Source: an uncultured Pseudomonadota bacterium (lineage in GTDB: Bacteria > Pseudomonadota > Alphaproteobacteria > Rs-D84). From it: DNA of 64,000 bases. The DNA lies in the NCBI GenBank assembly GCA_902802115.1, contig CADCKW010000003.1:5637-69636 (forward strand), given 5' to 3'. Made by a program: the position numbers and the translations under genes. Shown here in pieces: positions 39,474 to 48,608 of the stretch; within the stretch, counting starts at the first letter, position 1; the number at the start of each line of letters is the position of its first letter. The notes under the pieces were generated by a model. The model saw nothing but the letters and a program-made list of their open reading frames with translations. It was not told the DNA's origin and did not search any database.

Positions 39474-40022
39474 ATCTTTGAAGGTCGTTTTCATGGGCGG
39501 AAATTGTTTTTACCCCAAACTGCACGTCCAACGCAAAACCGCGCACGACTCGCGGTGTTTAATATGTTGCGCGAAATGGTACAAACATGGGATAAATTTT
39601 CGGTTTGGGACGCTTTTGCGGGGTCTGGGGCATTTGGTATTGAAATGATGTCCAGGTACCCAAATGCACGCGTTTATTTTTCAGATATTTCAATGGATTC
39701 TGTCAAGATTGTAAATAAAAATCTGGATTTAGTTAAGCCACATTTGCAAGAATATCGCGTTCATCAGGCGGACGCATTGAAGTTATTAACAGAAAATGCA
39801 TTTGGAAAAAATGTGGATATTGCTTTTATTGACCCGCCTTATGACAATCCAGAATTAGGCACGCGATTTGTTCAAGAATTTGGTAAAATTGCAAAAAAAG
39901 GCGCAATTTTGATATGGGAACAAGAGGCAAATAATTCCCTCACCCCAAATGACGCAAATTGGGAAATTTTACGCGACAGAAAATACGGACGCGCCAGATT
40001 CTTGATTTTGCGCAAAATTTAA
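39456..40022 (+). CDS. rsmD: 16S rRNA m2G966 methyltransferase
   Basis: GRFHGRKL, RPT, DAFAGSGAFG.E, IDPPY, RKYG. Confidence 0.88.
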   Translation: MDSKLQIFEGRFHGRKLFLPQTARPTQNRARLAVFNMLREMVQTWDKFSVWDAFAGSGAFGIEMMSRYPNARVYFSDISMDSVKIVNKNLDLVKPHLQEYRVHQADALKLLTENAFGKNVDIAFIDPPYDNPELGTRFVQEFGKIAKKGAILIWEQEANNSLTPNDANWEILRDRKYGRARFLILRKI

Positions 40023-40093
40023 TTAAAAAAGTGTTGTATTCAGCAATTTTTATGATAAATTCACGTATATCAACAAATAAAAAAGGATGTTTG

Positions 40094-40612
40094 ATGATTA
40101 CAACAATAATACCTGCAACAGAAAATTATAATATGTTGGTTGATTTTAATTATGGCGAAGGCGATAATTTATACCGTATGGACATGGTTTATTTGAATCC
40201 ATTTCGTAAATCGACTGCTTTTGATAGTAAATTATGCAGAATAAACCGTAAAGATATTAAAAATATTCATGTTGGAGATGTGGGTACGTATGTACCCGAA
40301 ACAATCATACCACATACTGATTGGACAGAAAAAGTATCTGCAACATGGCAAAAAGAATTCGATTACCAAAACCATAATTTTGAATTGGTAACTTTGTTGG
40401 GGGTTGAAAAAAACGGTAACATGCGTGTTTTTGGTAATAAAATTAATGAAAAAATTTTATCAGTATCATCGCGGGATACAGTTGTTGGTTTTAAACGTGG
40501 GGATGATTTATTGATAGAAATGACTGAAAACAACCAATTCAAATTTGTTCGTAATATAAATCAAGAGTTGTTAAAATATAATTTGCAACAACAGATGGCA
40601 AAAAAGTTATAA
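40094..40612 (+). CDS. Hypothetical protein (ORFan-like)
   Basis: AAGGA RBS, 172 aa, no recognised motif. Confidence 0.6.
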   Translation: MITTIIPATENYNMLVDFNYGEGDNLYRMDMVYLNPFRKSTAFDSKLCRINRKDIKNIHVGDVGTYVPETIIPHTDWTEKVSATWQKEFDYQNHNFELVTLLGVEKNGNMRVFGNKINEKILSVSSRDTVVGFKRGDDLLIEMTENNQFKFVRNINQELLKYNLQQQMAKKL

Positions 40613-40613
40613 A

Positions 40614-40719
40614 AACATCCGCCTTTGCCGATAATGGTAAGATTTTGTTCGTTATTACGGACAATGCTACGGCGCGATGTTCAATTTTCAGCCCTTAGGC
40701 TATGCCTCGGTGAAAATTG
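40614..40719 (+). ncRNA. Candidate structured RNA element (unassigned)
   Basis: Three-way junction plus a second stem-loop; G-U pairs favour the plus strand. Confidence 0.35.
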
Positions 40720-40723
40720 GCAC

Positions 40724-40821
40724 TTGATTTTTCGAATATTTTATTACATAATATGCCCCGCATAACACCCTTGGAGGTTATGCAAAGTTTAACAATCCCC
40801 CGTCGCCAAGGCTTTGGGGGA
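40724..40821 (+). promoter_or_regulatory. rplY promoter and two-hairpin leader with complementary loops
   Basis: TTGATT-N17-CATAAT; hairpins GCATAAC/GTTATGC and TCCCCC/GGGGGA; loop segments CCTTGG and CCAAGG. Confidence 0.6.
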
Positions 40822-40841
40822 CAAGTAAAAAGGATTACAAA

Positions 40842-41453
40842 ATGGCTATTACATTAAAAGCAGATTTTCGTGACGTTGCTGGCAAGGGGGCCGCACGCGC
40901 AGTCCGCAAAAATCAAAATATTCCTGCGGTTGTTTATGGAAACAACCAAGAACCTGTCGCAATTCGTTTTAACGAACGCGATTTTGAAATGTTGTTGAAA
41001 CAACCAAGTTTGCGGACAAAATTGTTCCAAATCGAAACACCAAAAGGTGTTGAAAACGCTATGTTGATGGATATTCAATATCACCCAGTCAGCGACCGCG
41101 TTGTTCATGTCGATTTTAAACGCATCAATGTTAATGAACCTGTTTCTGTCAGCGTGCCTTTGGAATTGGCAAATGTCGAAACATCACGTGGTTTGAAATT
41201 GGGCGGCGTTTTGAACTTTGCTGTGCGTAAAGTTGCTTTGCGCGGTTTGGTTCATGACATGCCAGAAAAAATCGTTGTCGATTTGGCTAATTTGAATATT
41301 GGTGATGTGGTCCATGGAACTGATTTGGTTTTGCCAAACGGTATCGAATTAGGATTACACCAAGCAGAATTGGCTTTTGTCACAATTGGTGGTAAAATGC
41401 CAGAAGAAGCAGATGCCAAACCTGCTGCTGCAGCGGCACCTGCAAAGAAATAA
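40842..41453 (+). CDS. rplY: 50S ribosomal protein bL25/Ctc
   Basis: GKGAARAVR, IPAVVYG, DIQYHPV...HVDF, GLKLGG. Confidence 0.95.
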   Translation: MAITLKADFRDVAGKGAARAVRKNQNIPAVVYGNNQEPVAIRFNERDFEMLLKQPSLRTKLFQIETPKGVENAMLMDIQYHPVSDRVVHVDFKRINVNEPVSVSVPLELANVETSRGLKLGGVLNFAVRKVALRGLVHDMPEKIVVDLANLNIGDVVHGTDLVLPNGIELGLHQAELAFVTIGGKMPEEADAKPAAAAAPAKK

Positions 41454-41478
41454 TAATATTTCTTTCATTTTTAACCCT

Positions 41479-41502
41479 GCCGCCCTTTTGGGCGGTTTTT
41501 TT
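41479..41502 (+). terminator. Intrinsic terminator after rplY
   Basis: GCCGCCC-TTTT-GGGCGGT plus T tract. Confidence 0.75.
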
Positions 41503-41549
41503 GTTTTTTATTCAGGATTTTATACCGATAATTATTTTATATTCGCCCC

Positions 41550-41577
41550 CTTGAAATTGGTTTTTGAATACCTATAT
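41550..41577 (+). promoter_or_regulatory. Sigma32 (RpoH)-type heat-shock promoter of dnaK
   Basis: CTTGAA-N15-CCTATAT matches the alphaproteobacterial RpoH consensus. Confidence 0.7.
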
Positions 41578-41613
41578 TTGTGACAGCAAAAAATTTTTAA
41601 GGAGGCATAAATT

Positions 41614-43509
41614 ATGGCAAAAGTATTAGGTATCGATTTGGGAACAACAAATTCGGCGATGGCTTTTATGGACGGAACAAATCCAAAAATCATCGAAAAC
41701 AGTGAGGGTCAGCGCACAACACCATCGGTTGTCGCATTGACACAAAATGGCGACCAATTGGTTGGTATTACCGCAAAAAACCAGGCCGTCACAAATCCTG
41801 AAAACACTATTTATGAAATCAAACGATTGATGGGATTACGTTATGACAGCCCAGCGGTCAAAGAAATTGCGGCACGCGTGCCTTATAAAATCGTTGCTGG
41901 CGATAACGGCGATGCGTGGGTTGAAATGGACGGTAAAAAATATGCGCCATCACAGATTTCTGCGATGATTTTGGCAAAATTAAAGAAAGATGCAGAAAAT
42001 TATTTGGGCGAAACTGTGACAGATGCAGTTATTACGGTGCCTGCATATTTTAATGATTCACAACGTCAGGCAACAAAAGACGCCGGTCGTATTGCAGGTT
42101 TAAATGTTTTGCGTATCGTAAATGAACCAACCGCCGCCGCATTGGCCTATGGTTTGGACAAAGATAAAAACGGCACTATCGCTGTATATGATTTGGGTGG
42201 TGGAACATTTGATGTGTCCATATTGGAAATTGTTGATGGTGTGTTCGAAGTTAAATCAACCAATGGCGATACTGCATTGGGTGGATCTGACTTTGATGCG
42301 CGCATTTTGAAATATTTAATTGATGAATTCAAATCACAAACAGGTATTGATTTATCAAACGATAAATTGGCTTTGCAAAGATTAAAAGAAGCCGCAGAAA
42401 AGGCAAAAATCGAATTGTCGTCCAAAACATCTGCGGATATTAACCTGCCGTTCTTGACAGCAGATGCCACAGGTCCAAAACATTTCAACACAACACTGAC
42501 ACGCGCAAAGTTGGAATCTTTGGTTGATGATTTGATTAAAAAGACCATTGAACCATGCGAAAAGGCTTTACGCGATGCGGGTTTAAGCAAATCTCAAATC
42601 AATGAGGTTATTTTGGTTGGTGGTCAAACACGTATGCCAAAAGTTGTTGAAACAGTGAAAGAATTCTTTGGTCGCGAACCACACAAAGGCGTTAATCCTG
42701 ATGAAGTGGTTGCAATGGGTGCGGCTATTCAAGGCGGTGTTTTAAAAGGCGATGTCAAAGATGTTTTGTTGTTAGATGTGACACCTTTGTCATTGGGTAT
42801 TGAAACATTGGGTGGTGTATTTACCCGCTTGATTGACCGCAATACAACAATCCCAACCAAAAAATCACAAGTCTTTTCAACCGCCGAAGATAACCAATCG
42901 GCTGTGACAATTCGCGTATTCCAAGGCGAACGCGATATGGCCGCCGATAACAAATTGTTGGGTCAATTTAATTTGGAAGGTATTGCACCGGCACCACGTG
43001 GCATGCCACAAATCGAAGTGTCTTTTGATATTGACGCAAACGGCATTGTGCATGTGTCCGCCAAAGATAAAGGCACCGGCAAAGAACAAGCGATTTCTAT
43101 TAAATCCGATGGTGGGCTATCGGAAGACGAAATCAAACGTATGGTTGATGAGGCCGCAGCCAATGCAGAAAGCGACAAACAAAAACGCGCATTGGTAGAA
43201 GCCAAAAACCAAGCCGAAGCCGCGGTGTTCGGTATTGAAAAATCTTTAAAAGAACATGGCGACAAGATTTCTGCGGACGAAAAGAAAGCGATTGAAGATG
43301 CCAAAGATGCGTTAAATGCAGAATTGAAAAACGAAAACGCAACGGTTGAATCATTGAAAGAAAAGACCGATGCATTAACTGAAAAAGCCATGAAGTTAGG
43401 CGAAGCGGTTTATAAAGCCGCGCAAGCCGAACAACAGGCAAATCAGGGAAATGCTGAATCTGGTAATGACAATAACACAACCGATGCAGATTTTTCTGAA
43501 AAGAAATAA
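41614..43509 (+). CDS. dnaK: Chaperone DnaK
   Basis: [36 protein letters not shown]. Confidence 0.99.
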   Translation: MAKVLGIDLGTTNSAMAFMDGTNPKIIENSEGQRTTPSVVALTQNGDQLVGITAKNQAVTNPENTIYEIKRLMGLRYDSPAVKEIAARVPYKIVAGDNGDAWVEMDGKKYAPSQISAMILAKLKKDAENYLGETVTDAVITVPAYFNDSQRQATKDAGRIAGLNVLRIVNEPTAAALAYGLDKDKNGTIAVYDLGGGTFDVSILEIVDGVFEVKSTNGDTALGGSDFDARILKYLIDEFKSQTGIDLSNDKLALQRLKEAAEKAKIELSSKTSADINLPFLTADATGPKHFNTTLTRAKLESLVDDLIKKTIEPCEKALRDAGLSKSQINEVILVGGQTRMPKVVETVKEFFGREPHKGVNPDEVVAMGAAIQGGVLKGDVKDVLLLDVTPLSLGIETLGGVFTRLIDRNTTIPTKKSQVFSTAEDNQSAVTIRVFQGERDMAADNKLLGQFNLEGIAPAPRGMPQIEVSFDIDANGIVHVSAKDKGTGKEQAISIKSDGGLSEDEIKRMVDEAAANAESDKQKRALVEAKNQAEAAVFGIEKSLKEHGDKISADEKKAIEDAKDALNAELKNENATVESLKEKTDALTEKAMKLGEAVYKAAQAEQQANQGNAESGNDNNTTDADFSEKK

Positions 43510-43528
43510 TTTGTTTAGTTTGTTTAAT

Positions 43529-43554
43529 AACACCCCGAAAAATCGGGGTGTTTT
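43529..43554. terminator. Bidirectional terminator between dnaK and pfkA
   Basis: AACACCCCGA-AAAA-TCGGGGTGTT. Confidence 0.75.
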
Positions 43555-43563
43555 ATTGTTATA

Positions 43564-44646
43564 TTATTTCGTTTCACCGATATATATACCCATGTTATCC
43601 GCGGCAATCAGCAACGGGTTATCCAAATCAACCATTGCATTTGATATTATTAATCCGTCTATGTTTGGGTCACGATCGGGGTGTCCAGATGTCACAACCG
43701 CGTCCAAACCGACCGTTGTAATTTCGCCATTTTCCAGTGCCGTCATCACATATGTTTCGTTGTTTTCAATCGCATTTAATGCCGCGTCCGCCATTTGCGC
43801 TGCCAAAATTCTGTCCGTTGGAACGGTAATACCTGCCCTTTGCATATGTTCAGGAAATGCGGTTCTGTTTGAAATCCCCGCCGCAGTTAATTTTCGCGAT
43901 ATCATTGTCGCAGGTTCGCCCGAATGACCACGAAGTGTCACACCTTCGGCAACCATAATAATTCCGTAATCTGTATCACTGTGTTTTATATGCTTTATCA
44001 AATTATCCACATCAAATTTTATTTCAGGAATCAAAATCGCACGCGCACCACCCGCGATGCCCGCCGTCAATGCCAACATACCGCATTTGCGTCCCATAGA
44101 TTGCACAACAAACCAACGATGATGACTGCGCGCGGTCAGCATTAAATCGTCACAAAAACGCGTTAATTGTTGCACTGCTGTATCAAAGCCAATTGTTTTT
44201 TCAGTCAGCGGAATATCCATATCTATCGTTTTAGGAATACAAACCAACTGCAAATCACTGTAAATATCACGCGTTGCCCAAGCCAATGATATAGAACCAT
44301 TACCCCCAATTAAAACAATCGCGTCCAAATTTATTTCCGCCAAGGCTTTTTTTAATTGTTTTGTAAATTGTGGCAAACGACCCATTTGCACAGCACGTTC
44401 AAAACTGTTATTTTGACCCGTATTGCCATTGCGTAAAACACTGCCCGCGATGGGTGCCATTTCTGGTGGAATACTGTGTGCATCAAGTTGTAAAACCACA
44501 GGTTTGGTCGCAACCAGGCCGTCTGTGCCGTCAATTATACCATATACCGCCCACCCGCGTTTTGTCGCGCCACGTGTTATATGATAAATCGCACTGTTTA
44601 ACCCAGAACAATCGCCACCAGTTGTCATAATACCTATTTTTTTCAT
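43564..44646 (-). CDS. pfkA: 6-phosphofructokinase (PfkA family)
   Basis: TTGGDCSGLN, GGNGS, PKTIDMD, IGFDTA, MGR, IPE. Confidence 0.9.
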   Translation of the reverse strand: MKKIGIMTTGGDCSGLNSAIYHITRGATKRGWAVYGIIDGTDGLVATKPVVLQLDAHSIPPEMAPIAGSVLRNGNTGQNNSFERAVQMGRLPQFTKQLKKALAEINLDAIVLIGGNGSISLAWATRDIYSDLQLVCIPKTIDMDIPLTEKTIGFDTAVQQLTRFCDDLMLTARSHHRWFVVQSMGRKCGMLALTAGIAGGARAILIPEIKFDVDNLIKHIKHSDTDYGIIMVAEGVTLRGHSGEPATMISRKLTAAGISNRTAFPEHMQRAGITVPTDRILAAQMADAALNAIENNETYVMTALENGEITTVGLDAVVTSGHPDRDPNIDGLIISNAMVDLDNPLLIAADNMGIYIGETK

Positions 44647-44752
44647 TTTCGCCTCGCTTGGTTGTTGTTATTATATCACAAAAAGTTTGACAGCGGTATT
44701 GTTTTTATGCTAAATCTGTAAGCATATAGTTATTATTTATGGAGTTTTTTTG

Positions 44753-45880
44753 ATGTCAAAGATGGGTAATACAAAACATTCAACCGATGATTTAATTGAC
44801 GATGCCGTTGCACAACAAAAAAAATGGTTGGAACAAAGACGGTCTTTTGCGCGTGCGTTTTTTACCAAATTAAATGTTTTTGCCAAACCGTCCCAGAAAA
44901 AAGTTATTGGAAAACCGGCTGTGAAATCTGCACAAAATAACGATAATAAAAAATCTGTTTTGCGCGAATATTGGTTTCCTATTTTGTGTGCATTTATTGT
45001 TATTTTTGTGACAATTTGGGTTTTGTTTAATCATATTGGGCGGTATGAAAATTCTGTGCGCCCTGTCCCAGAACCAATTGTGCGTCGCGTCGCAGATTTA
45101 AAAACCCCGGCATTTGATATCGTTCGCATTGCCGATAATGGTAAGGTTGTTATTGCGGGCCGTTGGAAACCAAATACGGCCCTTTCTATTTTTACAAATC
45201 AAAAATTGATGGCAACAATTACGACTGATAAAAACGGCGAATTTGCATACGCACCAACAAATGCGTTGGCCCCGGGAAATTATACTTTTTCATTGATGGA
45301 CGTAAATTCACAAATAAAATCACAAGACCGCGCGTTTGTTTATATATCCGAACATGGCGACGAAAATTCTGTATCTTTGTTGATGACAAACAGCGGCAGC
45401 ACAGTTTTGCAAAAACCCGCAATATTGCGATATGGTGATTTAAGTATTACCAAAATTGATTATATGGACAACGGAAGACTGGTCGTCACCGGTAATGGAT
45501 TGCCGCGGTTGCGTGTATCGATGACATTGAACGATATGCCGTTGGGATTTGCACGCGTTTCCGATTATAAACATTTTGGAATTGGCGCAGATGTCCATGA
45601 ATTAACCCCAGGAAATAAATATACCTTGGAAGTACGCATGCATGACGGCGACGGAAATACTATTTCAAAATTAACATACGAATTTATTATGCCAGAAATG
45701 ACCGGCGATGACGATACATATTACACCGTCCGGCGTGGTGATTGTTTGTGGATAATTGCGCGCAACTTTATGCGGCGCGGTGTGCTGTTCAGTGTTATTG
45801 CCGCACGCAACAATATCGAAAACCCAGATTTGATTTTTCCAAACCAACAGTTAAATATCCCCGTTCAACCAAAAAAATAA
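44753..45880 (+). CDS. Membrane-anchored protein with Ig-like regions and a C-terminal LysM domain
   Basis: TM helix; YTVRRGDCLWIIA...NPDLIFPNQ LysM. Confidence 0.85.
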   Translation: MSKMGNTKHSTDDLIDDAVAQQKKWLEQRRSFARAFFTKLNVFAKPSQKKVIGKPAVKSAQNNDNKKSVLREYWFPILCAFIVIFVTIWVLFNHIGRYENSVRPVPEPIVRRVADLKTPAFDIVRIADNGKVVIAGRWKPNTALSIFTNQKLMATITTDKNGEFAYAPTNALAPGNYTFSLMDVNSQIKSQDRAFVYISEHGDENSVSLLMTNSGSTVLQKPAILRYGDLSITKIDYMDNGRLVVTGNGLPRLRVSMTLNDMPLGFARVSDYKHFGIGADVHELTPGNKYTLEVRMHDGDGNTISKLTYEFIMPEMTGDDDTYYTVRRGDCLWIIARNFMRRGVLFSVIAARNNIENPDLIFPNQQLNIPVQPKK

Positions 45881-45894
45881 AAAAAGGAGAGAAT

Positions 45895-46407
45895 ATGTCC
45901 TGTGGCACATACAAATATAAAGAAAATCCTGTAAAAGAATTACCTGGGTGCGATATATATTCAATAAGACAACGGCCAAGGAACTTTCCAAAAAATGATA
46001 TAAATTACGCAGATTGGAATATAGTCTGTTGGAATATCGAAAAGAAATCGCCCCATTGTCAAATCACAACAACAGGTGACTCACGCGAAGATGCCATAAA
46101 CACAATGATTCAAACATTAAAATTTGCCACAGAACACAAAATTAATACATATAATGGGATTCCGGGTTCTGGAATTATTAACAACCCAAAACCAACAGAT
46201 GCAAATACAAGTGATTATAAAATTTCGCCAGAATCTTTTTATAAAATCAATATCAAATATGGTCCATGGAAACCAAAGAAAGCCAAGGCACAAGGCGGAC
46301 ACAATAATAACTGTGGTCGCCAACAAATACATCAAGAAATGCGAAAAATACTTGTATCAATCGAATTAAAACAATTAAGAGAAGTAAAAGAAGAAAGTCG
46401 TGGTTAA
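45895..46407 (+). CDS. Hypothetical protein (ORFan-like)
   Basis: AAGGAG RBS before ATG 45895. Confidence 0.6.
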   Translation: MSCGTYKYKENPVKELPGCDIYSIRQRPRNFPKNDINYADWNIVCWNIEKKSPHCQITTTGDSREDAINTMIQTLKFATEHKINTYNGIPGSGIINNPKPTDANTSDYKISPESFYKINIKYGPWKPKKAKAQGGHNNNCGRQQIHQEMRKILVSIELKQLREVKEESRG

Positions 46408-46420
46408 ACCACGACTTTTT
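46394..46420. terminator. Bidirectional terminator between convergent ORFans
   Basis: AAAGTCGTGG-TTAAA-CCACGACTTT. Confidence 0.65.
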
Positions 46421-47047
46421 TTATTTGATTTTGCCAACCTGCCACGATTGGCGAATAACTATTTTACCTGGGGTAACACTGTGTTTATATTTTGCCTGTC
46501 TTTGTTGTGCCTGATTGCCTTTTTCAACAGCCGCAAGCATTGGTTCAGAAACTTTAAATCCAGCACACAGATATGTGACAGTGTCTAGAAAACCTGGGTA
46601 CAAATATAAAATAAAACATGCCTCGGCCAGAGAGATTCTATTATATCCCGGATCATCTGGGATACCACAGTCTTTTAAAGTGCGTTGATAATTTTGTACA
46701 TATGTTCGTAATGCCATCAATGCATCATAAAAAGCCCTGTTAAATTTGGGTGATTTTTGTATGTATTCCAGACATATTAAATCACGACAGTTTTTTAATT
46801 CAACCGATAACATATATTTTTTTTCTTTGTTAATAGGTTCCAAAACATAATCTTGGTATGCATCGTATAAAACGCCTGTTTCACGAAGGCGGAATTTCCA
46901 TCTGTCTTCTGCATTTTTATACAACATATTGGTTGCATGATATTGCTTGAACAATAAATCAAAATCGGTGGTGCTTAAATCAAAATGTTCTTTTTTAAAT
47001 GTTGCACGCAATGCTTGTTTGCTCATGTTATCGTATGTAGATGGCAT
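46421..47047 (-). CDS. Hypothetical protein (ORFan-like)
   Basis: AAGGA RBS; TTGACA-N16-TATGCT promoter upstream; 208 aa. Confidence 0.65.
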   Translation of the reverse strand: MPSTYDNMSKQALRATFKKEHFDLSTTDFDLLFKQYHATNMLYKNAEDRWKFRLRETGVLYDAYQDYVLEPINKEKKYMLSVELKNCRDLICLEYIQKSPKFNRAFYDALMALRTYVQNYQRTLKDCGIPDDPGYNRISLAEACFILYLYPGFLDTVTYLCAGFKVSEPMLAAVEKGNQAQQRQAKYKHSVTPGKIVIRQSWQVGKIK

Positions 47048-47169
47048 AATATATCCTTTTGGTGTGTGGGTTGCCTTTGTTTTTCAGCATAGCAAGAATC
47101 CCCCAGATGTCAAGATTTACAAATTTTTATAGACTTTTGTTTTGGTGTAATATAAAATACCAGACATCT

Positions 47170-47243
47170 GCGGGCGTGGTATAATGGTAGCACGAAAGCT
47201 TCCCAAGCTTTAAACGAGGGTTCGATTCCCTTCGCCCGCACCA
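47170..47243 (+). tRNA. tRNA-Gly (anticodon CCC), discriminator A73
   Basis: GCGGGCG/CGCCCGC acceptor stem, anticodon stem AAAGC/GCTTT with loop TTCCCAA, GTTCGA, ACCA end. Confidence 0.96.
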
Positions 47244-47339
47244 AGATTTATGTTGGTCGTGTATGAAGCGGGTAATCTCGTGACGCACACATCAACTCGT
47301 TGCTAACAACGCAACTTGTTGTGTGTTTATGCACTCGGT

Positions 47340-47358
47340 TTCCCTTCGCCCGCACCAA
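47340..47358 (+). repeat. 19-bp direct repeat of the tRNA-Gly 3' end (att-like)
   Basis: TTCCCTTCGCCCGCACCAA at 47226-47244 and 47340-47358. Confidence 0.9.
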
Positions 47359-47462
47359 AAATTCAATCGGCATTTTGCCGGTTTATTTTATGGTGTATGG
47401 AATAAAAATATTCTTGCGTTGGTTTTTTGTTTTTTTGTAAAATTTTCCAGAAAGGGAGAGTT

Positions 47463-48608
47463 TTGTTTTATAAACCGTTTATCTTTGGTATTTTGTCTGC
47501 TTGGCTGTGTTTTGGATACACCATGGCGGACGAACAAAACCAAACAGACGCCACACAGGTTGCACAAGACCCCGAAGTCAGCAATATAAATAACACTTTG
47601 GAAATATTGGGCTGGTGCGATTTGGACGAAATTAAAAATGCCACTATCGACGAAGATGATGATGAAGATGATGAAGAATCTGATTTGAGTTCCAGACAAA
47701 TTCAATATATTCAAATATGCCAACATATGAAAAATATAAACGCATTAGAGGCAGAGTTATCTGCTAATACATCTGCGTTGGAAGAAAATTATCAAAACAT
47801 GCAAGACAAAGAAACATCTTTTGAAAATCGTATGTTGGGTGCCGCCGGCATGGGAACGGTTGGTATCGGTGGCATGATGGCGGCAAGCGCATTGGCCGAA
47901 CAAAATACTGATAAATCTGCCGAAGATGATATGCGCGCATATTTGGCAACTATGCAATGCAAGGTTGGAAATAATACTTATTCTGGGGGAACAACTGGTA
48001 TAGAGGTTGGCGGTGCAAACCAATTAATAAATATGTATCAACAATATGCAGAATTGGCCGCTGATTTAAAAGAACGCAAAAATGCCTTGGGTTTAACCCC
48101 GGGTATAGAGGCGGAAATCGTTATAGACAAGGCAGCATCTGGGTTATATGACGATGTAGGGACAGGTATTGGTTCAGGCGCATACGCATCAATTGCACGC
48201 GCTTTGCAAGACCCAAATGGTGCAGACGCGCAAAAATGGAACGAACAAAAAAATTCTGCATCAACAAAATTAAAAACAGGTGCGACTGTGGCGGCGGTTG
48301 GCGCGGTGGCGAGTGCAGTTGCAAATTACGCAATGAATCACAATAACAAAGACAAATCCCAGGAATTATTGGCACAACGCGCAGAAATAAAAGATAAATT
48401 TAATACCTTAATCAATCAAATTATCGCAGACTGCAATAAAAACATCGCAGATGCAAAGGCAAATATTCCTGCCGAAGATGAATATGTTGAAGAAGACACA
48501 AATCCATTAACTTATCAGCAATATGTTGAAATGATAAACGGTATGCAACCGTTAAAAGATGCAACAGAAATCAGCAAAATAAAGGATATTCCTGTATGCA
48601 GAAAATAA
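47463..48608 (+). CDS. Secreted hypothetical protein with an acidic tract, coiled coil and Gly/Ala-rich hydrophobic helices
   Basis: TTG after GGGAGAG; signal peptide; EDDDEDDEE; LGAAGMGTVGIGGMMAA. Confidence 0.7.
   Translation: MFYKPFIFGILSAWLCFGYTMADEQNQTDATQVAQDPEVSNINNTLEILGWCDLDEIKNATIDEDDDEDDEESDLSSRQIQYIQICQHMKNINALEAELSANTSALEENYQNMQDKETSFENRMLGAAGMGTVGIGGMMAASALAEQNTDKSAEDDMRAYLATMQCKVGNNTYSGGTTGIEVGGANQLINMYQQYAELAADLKERKNALGLTPGIEAEIVIDKAASGLYDDVGTGIGSGAYASIARALQDPNGADAQKWNEQKNSASTKLKTGATVAAVGAVASAVANYAMNHNNKDKSQELLAQRAEIKDKFNTLINQIIADCNKNIADAKANIPAEDEYVEEDTNPLTYQQYVEMINGMQPLKDATEISKIKDIPVCRK

Noticed and set aside
43564-44646. PfkA with GGNGS instead of GGDGS
   Set aside because: Asn variants occur in this family; not enough to claim altered function
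40625-45146. 17-bp match TTGCCGATAATGGTAAG between the intergenic structure and the LysM gene
   Set aside because: Single short same-strand match, plausible by chance in 64 kb of biased sequence; no supporting context
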